In this document: positions 38,924 to 48,263 of the stretch, piece after piece
How positions within the stretch are numbered: the first letter of the stretch is position 1
Layout of the letters: each line of letters opens with the position of its first letter
From: Myxococcales bacterium
GTDB lineage: Bacteria; Myxococcota_A; UBA9160; UBA4427
Assembly: GCA_012960035.1 (NCBI GenBank)
Contig: DUBZ01000058.1
Coordinates: forward strand, 34,122-98,121
Length of the DNA: 64,000 bases
Direction: 5' to 3'
Notes under the pieces: model-generated
Told to the model about the DNA's origin: nothing
The model's database searches: none
What the model saw: the letters and a program-made list of their open reading frames with translations, nothing else
Position numbers and translations under genes: made by a program

Positions 38924-40701
38924 TGCAGCGCTCCCGGTGGCAGTGCGCAGCCGGGCTGCAAACGGACGGATTCAGCGTAGTGCTCCCGTGCCTTTGCGAT
39001 GCGCCCCATCTCTGAAAGAGAAAGGGCATAGCCGCATTGTGTCTGGGGGTCGCCGGGGTTGATCACAAGCGAAAGCTCGAACTCGTTTGCGGCCTCCGCG
39101 AAGCGGCCAATCCCATTTAACGCGATTCCTAGATTGCGGTGCGGCTGTGAAAGATTGGGGTCGGCGGCGACGGCGAGTGACAAGTGTTTGAAAGCCTCTT
39201 GTCGGCGCTGGGTTGTCCAGAATAGAACGCCGAGGTTGTTGTGCGCCTTCGAATTATTGGGGTCAAGCTTGAGGGCCCGAATAAAGCTTTGATGCGCGGC
39301 TTCGACGCGTCCCTTTTGCCAATGTACCTCGCCAAGGTTCGCGTGCAGGATCGAAACGTCTGGCGTGTAGTGGATCATGTGGTTGTAGAGCGTTTCGGTG
39401 TTTCGCCATTGATTCAACTGCGCGCGGGCCGTGGTCGTTTCAATGGCGATCAAAGTTAGTGCGACGAGAGCAGTGCCGACCCTCCAGGCCCCTGCACGAC
39501 GCCACGCCAGATCGACAAGCCAAGCTGCGACGAGCGCGAGGCCCACTGCGGGCAAGTACATATACTTATCCGAAGCGACAACCCACGAATACCGAAGCCC
39601 ACCGAGAGTTGGAGACAGAGCCAGTACCACGAAGAGTAGGCCGACAAGCGGAGCACGAGCGCCGCGTTTCGCGAACCAGAGGCTCGCAACCCCAAGTGCG
39701 ACGCTGACACCCAGGCCCAATGCGATCGTTGGGTTCGCCACGGACATGGGGTCGGGTAGCAAATACACGGGTGTCAGTTCGACCGGCCACACCACCTTGC
39801 CGAGGTAAAACGCGATGAGGTGAAAGGCCGTGAGCGCGCTTTCGATGATGCCCCCCGTCGGTGCGTCGATCCCCACGGTTCTTTGATGGGACACCAGCGT
39901 GATGGTGGCGAAAATCGTGGCCAAGGCGAAGAATGGGATCTTCTCGGTGACGGCCTTTCGGTCTAGCCGGCCAAGGGGCCAGTAGTCCAGGGTGAGCATG
40001 AGAGCGGGAACGACGACCGCGGTTGGCTTCGCGAGACACCCAAGGGCAAATGCGACCAAAGCAGCGTGACGTAAGCGCGGTTTGTTGGCGCGGGTGCCTC
40101 GAACGTACAATTGCAGTGCAGCCAAGCTGAAGAATGCCGCCAGTAATGTTTTGCGCTCTGCGAGCCAGGCAACGGGTTCGACCGATAGCGGGTGTCCAGC
40201 GAATAGAATTGCTGCCAATAGCGCAGGAACGAGCGCGTTCGTGAGCCCATAGAGCAGTGTGAACACCAGCATGGCATTCAAAATGTGGAGCAGGAGGTTG
40301 GTGCGGTGGAACTGTCGGAGATCGTCGTGCTGGCCGCCCAAGCCATAGTCGAACATCAACGAGATCATCGTGAGCGGGGCGTAGTAGCCGTGAACAGTCG
40401 AGGGCTCGAGAACCTCGCTCACGAACCGCCCCGCAGACGCGAGGCTCGGGCTTTGTACGAGTGGGTTCTCAGTGACAAACTCGTTGTCGTCGAAGCAGTG
40501 CGCCTGTGCGGAGAGAACGGGCCAGTGTGCGAAAGCCGAATAGATGGCGACGACGCACAAGCACGCGACGAAGGCGTTGCGATGATTTGCCGGAGGTTGT
40601 TTTGGCTTGGCTTTGGCCACGACTCTCCCGACCCGGGTGGCTTGCAGTGCGACGCGTTTCGTTAGGGATGACAACTCGCTGCCGATGCAATTTATAGCCA
40701 A
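38920..40701 (-). CDS. polytopic membrane protein with C-terminal TPR repeats (TMTC/PMT-like GT-C candidate)
   Basis: 'HCFDDNEFVTENPLV' in the first external loop, about 10 TM helices, then at least 4 TPR units ('AHNNLGVLFW', 'PHRNLGIALN'). ATGA overlap with the downstream sulfatase-like gene. Confidence 0.8.
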   Translation of the reverse strand: MAINCIGSELSSLTKRVALQATRVGRVVAKAKPKQPPANHRNAFVACLCVVAIYSAFAHWPVLSAQAHCFDDNEFVTENPLVQSPSLASAGRFVSEVLEPSTVHGYYAPLTMISLMFDYGLGGQHDDLRQFHRTNLLLHILNAMLVFTLLYGLTNALVPALLAAILFAGHPLSVEPVAWLAERKTLLAAFFSLAALQLYVRGTRANKPRLRHAALVAFALGCLAKPTAVVVPALMLTLDYWPLGRLDRKAVTEKIPFFALATIFATITLVSHQRTVGIDAPTGGIIESALTAFHLIAFYLGKVVWPVELTPVYLLPDPMSVANPTIALGLGVSVALGVASLWFAKRGARAPLVGLLFVVLALSPTLGGLRYSWVVASDKYMYLPAVGLALVAAWLVDLAWRRAGAWRVGTALVALTLIAIETTTARAQLNQWRNTETLYNHMIHYTPDVSILHANLGEVHWQKGRVEAAHQSFIRALKLDPNNSKAHNNLGVLFWTTQRRQEAFKHLSLAVAADPNLSQPHRNLGIALNGIGRFAEAANEFELSLVINPGDPQTQCGYALSLSEMGRIAKAREHYAESVRLQPGCALPPGALQ

Positions 40702-40824
40702 CCGGCCGCGCGATGATGTGGCAACGGTTCGACACCGTTCTCACGCAGCTGGGGTCTGACCTGATATCGCGGACAGATCCCCAAAGGCGATGGACTTCCC
40801 CAATATCGTGGACATGTAGAGGCC

Positions 40825-41075
40825 CACGCTTGAGGCGGCTTCAAATGCTTCCGGACTGACACCGCCAAGATGACTGTGTCGCTGTGTTCGATTATAGAAC
40901 ATCTCGATGTATTCGAAGATGTCTGCCTTGGCAAGATCGCGTGTTCGGTAGACCTTCGTTTTGTTCGGACCCTGACGACGAGGGCAGCCGGCCCGCTGGA
41001 ACCATCGAGTTCGACGACTCGGCAGTCGGTCCATTCACTGATTTCCAGATGAACCATCTCGACATCGTGAGTGGC
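40825..41075 (-). mobile_element. IS3-family transposase (OrfB) C-terminal remnant, frameshifted
   Basis: 'KVYRTRDLAKADIFEYIEMFYNRTQRHSHLGGVSPEAFE' (frame of ORF 40741-1034) is preceded in another frame by 'TMSRWFIWKSVNGPTAESSNS' (ORF 40892-41077). No DDE core, OrfA or inverted repeats were seen. Confidence 0.55.
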
Positions 41076-41245
41076 ATCAGCTTCGACCGTGTCGCGTCCG
41101 CCTCGGCGGATCGGGTGGGATCGACAACGTAACGGCCAGCGCCGTTCCGGAACCGAGTGCTGCACTCCTGTTTTTGGTTGGCGCCGTCGCGGTGCGCACG
41201 GGAATCCGAAAGAGCGCGTAAGCGAACCCCAGACAGGCGAGATCT

Positions 41246-41285
41246 AAAGCCCCCTTTCGCGCATGGCGAAAGGGGGCTTTGTTTT
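41246..41285 (+). terminator. strong intrinsic-terminator-like hairpin
   Basis: Perfect 15-bp stem 'AAAGCCCCCTTTCGC' / 'GCGAAAGGGGGCTTT' with loop GCATG, followed by TTTGTTTT. There is no intact + strand gene upstream. Confidence 0.6.
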
Positions 41286-41325
41286 GCACTCTTGCAGACT
41301 TCGCGTCCAGAGGAGACCCGCTCGT

Positions 41326-42093
41326 ATGAAACCCGTGTGTCTAGTCATTGGAGCGGGTGCCGGCATTGGAGGCACTGTTGGGAAGAAATTCGCGCAAGAG
41401 GGTTACCACGCTGTTTTGTGTCGGCGCAGCAATCGAGAGGGGCTGCGTAAGCTCGTGGGCGAAATCGAAGGCGAAGGCGGTTCGGCAACTGGCTACCTCC
41501 TCAATGCCGTCGATGAAAACAGCATCGAAGATCGTGTCGCTGCAGTCGAAGCGGAGATCGGACCGATCGAAGCCGTTGTATTCAACCTCGGCGCACAAAT
41601 CGGGAACCGGGCGCTCGCGGATACCCGCTATAAAATGTTTGAAGTCGGATGGCGAATGGCGACCTTCGCACTCTTCCGACTCGCATCGACCGTGTTTCCA
41701 CGGATGGAAGAGCGGGGGAAGGGCACCCTCCTCGTGACTTCTGCGACGGCGGCGGTCCGCGGCAACGCGGGCCAGCACTCTCACGCCGCGGCAATGGGTG
41801 GGCGGCGCATGCTGTGCCAGAGCCTCAATGCCGAGTTCGCGCCGAAGGGCATCCATGTCGCGCATATGTTGATCGACGGTGCGGTAGACGCGCCGGACAC
41901 ACTGGGCAAGATGCTTGGGCCCGAGGGTTTCCAAAAGCTTCGCGAAACGCGTGGCCTGGAAAACGATGGCCTGCTTCTGCCGAGCAAAATTGCCGAGACG
42001 TACTACCACGTTGCGCAGCAGCATCGCTCTGTTTGGACCCACGAGCTCGATCTTCGCTCGTTCTCCGACCTGGCGTGGTGGAACCACAGGTGA
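41326..42093 (+). CDS. SDR family oxidoreductase
   Basis: ATG at 41326 with an AGGAGA RBS; Gly-rich 'CLVIGAGAGIGGTVG'. Confidence 0.9.
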   Translation: MKPVCLVIGAGAGIGGTVGKKFAQEGYHAVLCRRSNREGLRKLVGEIEGEGGSATGYLLNAVDENSIEDRVAAVEAEIGPIEAVVFNLGAQIGNRALADTRYKMFEVGWRMATFALFRLASTVFPRMEERGKGTLLVTSATAAVRGNAGQHSHAAAMGGRRMLCQSLNAEFAPKGIHVAHMLIDGAVDAPDTLGKMLGPEGFQKLRETRGLENDGLLLPSKIAETYYHVAQQHRSVWTHELDLRSFSDLAWWNHR

Positions 42094-42192
42094 AGTCCCG
42101 CCCCAAGCGATTGCGCTTAACGATCTAGCGCAATCGCTCGGGTTCATCGTCAGTGCGTCGGGCTGGCCTTGGTTGCGGGCTGACCTCGGGTG

Positions 42193-43473
42193 TTAGGTGC
42201 GGCTCTTGATGTACTTCGCGTAGCCATCTGCGATTTTCCGCAAGTCCTCGTCAGCCTTGAATAGGGGTTCGAATTTTTCGCGGGCCTTCTCGCGTTTGGC
42301 TGGAATGTACTCAGTGGGCCAGAAGCCTTCGTGCGCTTCGTAGTGGGTAAGCACGTTGCGCGCGACCGTTGCCTTGTGGACCTCGTCGACGCCGTCGGCG
42401 ATCCCCATGGTCGGAGCGCCAGCATACATGGCTTGAAGGGGCGTCAAGTTCGTTGTGCCCAAGGAGCCCATGATGTGCAGAGCGTTGAACGACACCTCGC
42501 GCAGTACCTTCGCCATGCTGTACTTCACCGCGGCAATATCAGTACGTGCCTCCTGAGTGCTCGTGTTGTCGATCTTCCAGGCGGTCTCGAGCACGAAGAG
42601 TCGAAGCATTCGAATCGCGGCGTACGAGTCGGCGATCTTTTCCTGCACCATCTGATGTTCAGAAATGATCTTCCCGTGGGACTCCCGGCTGAGAGCGCGT
42701 TCGCACATCATGTCAAATGCCAAATTGCATTGGGAAATTGTGCGCATCGCGTGGTGAATGCGTCCGCCGCCGAGGCGTCGCTGGGCAAGAACGCGAGCGC
42801 CGTCTTCGGGGCCGAGCAGATGATCACCGGGGATCCGCACGTCGTTGTACTTGATGTGATTGTGTGAGCGCGGTTCGGGCATGATTTCGACACCCGGCGT
42901 TCTGCGCGGCACGACGAACATGCCGTTGGTGCACATGACGAAGATGATGTCCGCCGCACGGCCCGCGCTGGTGAACCACTTTTCGCCGTTGATCACCCAA
43001 TCGTCGCCGACGCGAATCGCATGGGTCTTGAACAGGCGCGGGTCAGAGCCGCCTTGCGGCTCGGTCATCGAATACGCCGACCACAATTCCTGATTGATCA
43101 TCGGTTTGAGCCAGCGCTCTTTTTGCTCTTCGGTGCCGTAGGCGGCGAGCATTTCCATGTTGCCGGTGTCCGGCGCGGCAGCGCCAAAGATCTGCGGTGC
43201 GGAGCCGTAGCGACCGATGATCTCGTTAAGCAAGCCGAGCTTGAGTTGACCAAGGCCGGGTCCACCGAGTTCTTCGTCGAGAAACAAAGCCCAAAGTCCC
43301 TGGGCTTTTACCTGGTCTTGTAGGGGCTTCACCAGCGCCTTGATCTTGGGGTCTTTCGATCGCACCGCATACGGGAAGATCATGTCGAGCGGCTCGACTT
43401 CTTCACGACAAAACTGCTCGACCCAATCGAGCTTTTCCTGGAACTCCGGTTCAGTTGAAAAATCCCAACCCAT
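42193..43473 (-). CDS. acyl-CoA dehydrogenase
   Basis: 426 aa; 'YSMTEPQGGSDP' and a C-terminal helical domain typical of ACADs. Confidence 0.95.
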   Translation of the reverse strand: MGWDFSTEPEFQEKLDWVEQFCREEVEPLDMIFPYAVRSKDPKIKALVKPLQDQVKAQGLWALFLDEELGGPGLGQLKLGLLNEIIGRYGSAPQIFGAAAPDTGNMEMLAAYGTEEQKERWLKPMINQELWSAYSMTEPQGGSDPRLFKTHAIRVGDDWVINGEKWFTSAGRAADIIFVMCTNGMFVVPRRTPGVEIMPEPRSHNHIKYNDVRIPGDHLLGPEDGARVLAQRRLGGGRIHHAMRTISQCNLAFDMMCERALSRESHGKIISEHQMVQEKIADSYAAIRMLRLFVLETAWKIDNTSTQEARTDIAAVKYSMAKVLREVSFNALHIMGSLGTTNLTPLQAMYAGAPTMGIADGVDEVHKATVARNVLTHYEAHEGFWPTEYIPAKREKAREKFEPLFKADEDLRKIADGYAKYIKSRT

Positions 43474-43712
43474 AAATTTGCCCTACTCGTTGTCGCCCGC
43501 GATTCGCGGTTGTGAGGCGTGCTCACTGGTTAATTCGAATGGCCCAAAGACAGGCTAGAGGCCGGTTCCGCGAGAAGTCCTCGATCGCGGGGTGGTCATC
43601 GTGGCCAACTTCGCTTTCTTTGTCCACCGCGAGCCGCTCGCGTCCTCGTCGTTCCCCGGCAATGTTGAGTGCTGTCTGCCAGTTTTGGGTTGCACCGCGT
43701 TAGGCTTCCGCC

Positions 43713-44345
43713 ATGTCGTTATCAGCACTCAAGCTCGACGACGAGCTGCGAGGCCGAATGCAAACAAATCTTGACCGATTTGAGCGCCGCGCCCACGACG
43801 CAACGGACTTGAAGCGAGCGGCGGTCACCCTGCTCATGCTCGCGGGCGAAGACAACGAGGCGTGCTTTGTCATCACGCGACGCACGCCCAAACTCAGTGC
43901 TCACGCTGGCCAGTGGGCACTGCCGGGTGGTCGCGTAGATCCAGGCGAAACCTCAGAAGAGGCGGCGCTGCGGGAAACGCGCGAAGAAGTAGGCGCCACG
44001 ATTGGGCCCGAATCGATTTTGGGGTTGATGGACGACTATCCGACGCGCTCCGGCTACGTCATCACGCCGGTTGTTGTATGGGGTGGTCGAGATTGCGAAC
44101 TCGTTGCGAATCCGGCTGAAGTTGCCGAGATCTACCGCGTTCCGCTTTCGGTGCTCGATGGTGAGGATGTCCCTCGATTGCGCACGATCCCCGAAAGTGA
44201 TCGCCCGGTCATTTCGCTTTCTATGCTTGGGACCCACGTTCATGCACCTACGGCGGCGGTAATCTATCAGCTGCGTGAAGTCGCGATCCGCGGAGAGGAC
44301 ACCCGAGTCGATCATTACGAGCAGCCGGTGTTTGCTTGGCGATAA
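43713..44345 (+). CDS. Nudix hydrolase (CoA-pyrophosphatase-like)
   Basis: Nudix box 'GGRVDPGETSEEAALRETREEVG'. Confidence 0.9.
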   Translation: MSLSALKLDDELRGRMQTNLDRFERRAHDATDLKRAAVTLLMLAGEDNEACFVITRRTPKLSAHAGQWALPGGRVDPGETSEEAALRETREEVGATIGPESILGLMDDYPTRSGYVITPVVVWGGRDCELVANPAEVAEIYRVPLSVLDGEDVPRLRTIPESDRPVISLSMLGTHVHAPTAAVIYQLREVAIRGEDTRVDHYEQPVFAWR

Positions 44346-44740
44346 GTCGGGTTTGTGCTCGCTCAACTCAGCATCGTGCCGAACATACGCATCTGCATCA
44401 CAATCGCTGCAACAACATCCGGAGCGCGCGTGAACATCAACGAGGTCCGGCACGCGCTTCGCGCTGAATAATGGGCTGGCGTGCTTCGGCCGCGTCCCGG
44501 GAGTTCGACCTTGTGCTCAGTCCACTCGCTTGCGGTCGGCATCGTTCTCTTCAGCTGGGGACGCTCTAGCTTTCAAATCGACCCGATGTTCGGCTTGATC
44601 ATCGCCGGGTTTCCACTGTCGTATCGCCTTCCTTAGAGCGGGTGCGATGGGCTTGGTTGCGTTGGCGGTGCTTCATTGGGGCTTGGCGCCGCGGATGCGT
44701 CGGGATGCGAATCCTGTGTAACGCCTGGGCTTGAACTCAG

Positions 44741-45409
44741 CTAGACGTTGACCCAGGGCCGATCGCCGGTGTCTGGCGGCGCAACGAGTTCGTCCCACAC
44801 CGCGAGTTCTTCGAGGCTCTTTGGCTTGTAGTCGGTGGGCAAAGCGGTGTTGAGAACGAACAGCGCGTTGGGAGCCCAGCTGTCGGTATGAACGAGGGTG
44901 TAGCCCTTACGGGTGCCGAGCTTTTGAAACGCCGCGAGGCTCGCACCGTGGTAAGACGTCTTGTCCCATACATGGTCGGCGGCGTACGCGATGGTGGTTG
45001 CGGCGTCGCGGGTGAATAGGATGTTGTACTCGACGACCACGACCCGCGGTGTGTAGCGCTCGATCGCGTTCCAAACCCAGTAGTCGTTGCCGTCGATGTC
45101 GATGGATAGCAAGTCGAAGGTCTGCGGTACGCCGTACTTTTCGAAGAGGGCTTCGACGTTTTCGGCACTAATAAATTCGCGCTTCACCAGTTCGCCATCG
45201 CCGCGGTCACTGCCTTCCATCAACAGGCCCGTCCACCCGTGATGCAGGCGTAGGTTCGCAGTGTTGGAAAGGTGCTTGCCGTCCCAGGCGCCAAATTCAA
45301 CGAAGTTCTTTCCCGTGGTCCCAATCGCGTCATAGATCGTTTGCAAGACACCGTCTTCCCCGCCTTGGGAGTAGACGCGCGATTCATTTGGGGTCAGGTC
45401 TGTAAGCAT
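44741..45409 (-). CDS. FkbM/Methyltransf_21-like methyltransferase-fold protein (cytoplasmic paralog)
   Basis: 'YSQGGEDGVLQTIY...FVEFGAWDGKHLSNTANL', 'LLSIDIDGNDYWVWNAI'; no signal peptide. Confidence 0.6.
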   Translation of the reverse strand: MLTDLTPNESRVYSQGGEDGVLQTIYDAIGTTGKNFVEFGAWDGKHLSNTANLRLHHGWTGLLMEGSDRGDGELVKREFISAENVEALFEKYGVPQTFDLLSIDIDGNDYWVWNAIERYTPRVVVVEYNILFTRDAATTIAYAADHVWDKTSYHGASLAAFQKLGTRKGYTLVHTDSWAPNALFVLNTALPTDYKPKSLEELAVWDELVAPPDTGDRPWVNV

Positions 45410-45595
45410 GTAATCCTCGGTTTGGATCGCGCACTGTAGATCGCTGTGGCGTCAAACGCACCTGTCAGACGGCCGGCACTGGGTCGGCACGGTTAAAACC
45501 GCCAAGCGGTGCGAGACGGACCTAGACGTAATGTCGCCGTCTCTCTCGAGGTCACCCCGCATCAATAAGCACCCCGAATTCGATATGGTTGCCGT

Positions 45596-46567
45596 ATGAG
45601 GTTCGGGAAAATTTTACTGGCAGCGACATCGATCCTCGTGTCGCTGTTCATTGTTGAAGTCTTCGCGCGGGTCTATCTCGCGAGCCCGCTTGCACTGATC
45701 CCCCGCTATGGGAATAGTTTTCAGGCGATCCACGGTTCCAAAATCTTGCGGGCATCCAATATCGAGGGGCTGCGATTCGAGCTGAAGTCAAATCTCGACA
45801 CGTTCTTCAAGCTCACCCGGTTCGCGACGAACTCGGTGGGAATGCGGGCGAACCGCGAGTACGAAAAACAAAAGGAGCCCGGGACCTATCGCGTTGTTGT
45901 CTTGGGGGATTCTTTCACGATGCCTAGCGGGGTTCCCGTAGGAGACGCGTACCACAACGTTGTCGAGCGCGAGTTGAATGCGAAGTCGGACCGCAACTAC
46001 GAGTTCTTGAACTTTGGCGTCGGTGGCTATTCGCTGGATAACTACTTGACGGTCTTGAAGGAGAAAGCGCTCGCCTATGAGCCCGATCATGTGTTGATCG
46101 GCTTGTGTCTCACCAACGACATTCCGGTGATCGAACAACAAAAGAAGCCGAATGCAGGTGGCTTCAAGAATCGTGTCCTCAGTAGCCCGCAACCTTACTT
46201 CGAAATCTGGACCCTCGATGCAATCGGCCGGATCGGCAAAGCGATGCATCCCAAGAAGAAAGGGACGCAGCAGTTCGATCTCGAAAAATTGCACCGACTT
46301 GCGAGCGAGTTCGATCGTATCCGCACTCAACATGACCTTCAGATGACATTCGTCGGGTTGAAGCTTCATTCTCGGGTGAGCCGCCCCTACGAACTCGCCG
46401 CCGAAGCCCTCGGCAAGCATTCGTTGATGCTGATTGATGGCGGTAGCGATTTCGAGACACAGATCGAAGCGCGTTACCTCACGACCCGGCTAGACCGGCA
46501 CCCGAACGCCTTGGCGAACAAAATGTTCGCAGACACCATTCTTCGCGAAATCGATTGGGACGAGTAG
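45596..46567 (+). CDS. SGNH/GDSL hydrolase family protein, N-terminally membrane anchored
   Basis: TM 'ILLAATSILVSLFIVEVF'; block I 'YRVVVLGDSFTMPSG'. Confidence 0.75.
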   Translation: MRFGKILLAATSILVSLFIVEVFARVYLASPLALIPRYGNSFQAIHGSKILRASNIEGLRFELKSNLDTFFKLTRFATNSVGMRANREYEKQKEPGTYRVVVLGDSFTMPSGVPVGDAYHNVVERELNAKSDRNYEFLNFGVGGYSLDNYLTVLKEKALAYEPDHVLIGLCLTNDIPVIEQQKKPNAGGFKNRVLSSPQPYFEIWTLDAIGRIGKAMHPKKKGTQQFDLEKLHRLASEFDRIRTQHDLQMTFVGLKLHSRVSRPYELAAEALGKHSLMLIDGGSDFETQIEARYLTTRLDRHPNALANKMFADTILREIDWDE

Positions 46568-46781
46568 GGCACCCGATAACCGTCACAGGCTGGGCGAACT
46601 TTGAGGCTGCAACGGCATCATGTACAGCAACACATGCTTCGCAAAACTGGCACAGGTCGCAGTCGCCCACGACGGAGAATATGAACCAGACGATGAATGC
46701 CGCCATTACCCGGCAACCGGAACTGCCGCGGAATGCGAGTAGGCGCGAATCCAGCTCGCGACCTAGGCTCGGGGTCAGCGT

Positions 46782-47252
46782 ATGGCTAGCGCGAACCCCA
46801 CGATTGTTTGGCTCACCACGAACCCGGTGACGACATGGCTCGTCCGCACGATCTTTTCTCGCGTTGATCCGGTCGTCTTTCGCAAAACCAACGGTCGCTT
46901 CACCGCGATGGGACCGCCGACCATGCCGATGCTGACCCTGACTGCGGTCGGGCGGCATTCGGGCAAGGCGCGATCCGTCCATCTCGCATGTCTCGAGCAG
47001 GACGGCGATTTCCTGATCGTGGCCAGCGCCATGGGTCAAGAGCGGCATCCGGCATGGCGTTACAATCTCGAAGCCAATCCTGAGGTCGAAGTGCAAGTCG
47101 TGGGGCGCCGGTTTACCGCGCATGCCCAGTTGTTGGACGACGCCAGCCGAGCCGAAATTTGGCCACGGGTTCACGACGCCATTCCGCAGATGAAGATCTA
47201 CGAATCCCGCACAGACCGGAACATCTGTGTGTTTCGATTGCGACCCGTTTAA
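46782..47252 (+). CDS. deazaflavin-dependent nitroreductase family (DDN/DUF385) protein
   Basis: 'LTLTAVGRHSGKARSVHL', 'GQERHPAWRYNLEANPEVEVQVVG'. Confidence 0.85.
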   Translation: MASANPTIVWLTTNPVTTWLVRTIFSRVDPVVFRKTNGRFTAMGPPTMPMLTLTAVGRHSGKARSVHLACLEQDGDFLIVASAMGQERHPAWRYNLEANPEVEVQVVGRRFTAHAQLLDDASRAEIWPRVHDAIPQMKIYESRTDRNICVFRLRPV

Positions 47253-47297
47253 CATGGCTATGGGTCGACTTCGCTTGGCCTCGTAAGGAGCAGAAGC

Positions 47298-47783
47298 ATG
47301 ACGACGACCGACGAACCGCAGCAGGAAACGGCACAGCTTGAGATCGTGAAGGGTGAGGAGGCGGAGCTGCAGGTTGGCGGCCTGCGCTTTGTCGCGTGTC
47401 GACGCGAGATCGACAAGTTCGATGGCGGCGTTTCGCTTTACGTTTTTAGCGACTTGCCTGACGACGACCGCGAACTCTTACGGGTGGATCTGTTTCGCGA
47501 ACGTCCGCACTACCACGCGCCCGCGGAAAACCGAGCGGAGTTCAAGATCAAACCCCGTGCAGGCAAAGACGCGCGCGATTGGGGCGTGGAGGCATTCACG
47601 ACTCGGGCATCGGAACTCGTCTTGGAAGGCGGCTTCAACGACATCGCAGAACAGCTCGATCAAGAAGCTCTTGGTTCTTGCGGTACCGCGCTGCGCGAAA
47701 TGTTCGATGGCCTTGGTGAGCCAACCGAAGTGTCGCACTTCGAGGTGCCCCGTTCCGTGTTCGATGCACTCGAGGCCGGCTGA
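47298..47783 (+). CDS. hypothetical protein
   Basis: AAGGAG RBS; 161 aa acidic protein; no family recognised. Confidence 0.65.
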   Translation: MTTTDEPQQETAQLEIVKGEEAELQVGGLRFVACRREIDKFDGGVSLYVFSDLPDDDRELLRVDLFRERPHYHAPAENRAEFKIKPRAGKDARDWGVEAFTTRASELVLEGGFNDIAEQLDQEALGSCGTALREMFDGLGEPTEVSHFEVPRSVFDALEAG

Positions 47784-47839
47784 GCCGTTAGGCGCGCCGA
47801 AACCAGCTCAACAACTTCGTGTTCGCTTCACGAGGATGT

Positions 47840-48170
47840 TTACCCCGGAGCGAGCTTACTTTCCAGAAACCTAAGCACGCTGCCCACGAGGGAAACGTTT
47901 TTGTAGAACAGCTCGCCTGCGTGGAAATAGTCGCATTGAGAAACGACCTTGTCGCAAACCTAGAGGGCGGAGACGCGACTCACATGAACGCGCTGCGAAG
48001 GACGTTTGAGTGTCAAGTCCATGTCCCAGGCAAAACAGACTCGGTCATGCTGGACAATTTCGTTCGTAAATGTGAATGGACCCTGCACAACATTGGCGTT
48101 CCTGTTTTCGAAAGTAGACTTGGGCGACTTCCTTCTGACGGTTTTGGGATTCGTCGTCTCCGTCCATAGG
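47840..48170 (-). pseudogene. possible alpha/beta-hydrolase-like C-terminal remnant interrupted by an in-frame TAG
   Basis: The frame of track ORF 47960-48391 continues past the TAG at 47960-47962: '...DRVCFAWDMDLTLKRPSQRVHVSRVSAL*VCDKVVSQCDYFHAGELFYKNVSLVGSVLRFLESKLAPG*'. There is no usable start in the intergenic space and the patch is AT-richer. Confidence 0.25.
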
Positions 48171-48263
48171 TCTTGTTGAAGAAATCGGGCTAGGGAGTCG
48201 CGAGTTTTACACAGTGAGCGGGGGCTGAGCGGCTTGGCTCGACAAACAATGGTAAACGGGAGC

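Noticed and set aside
44346-44740. 395-nt gap between the Nudix gene and the FkbM-like gene as a possible small-protein or ncRNA locus
   Set aside because: Translation in all frames gave only short ORFs without RBS or motifs, for example a 16-codon hydrophobic peptide. I saw no convincing hairpin or terminator structure. The gap is left unannotated.
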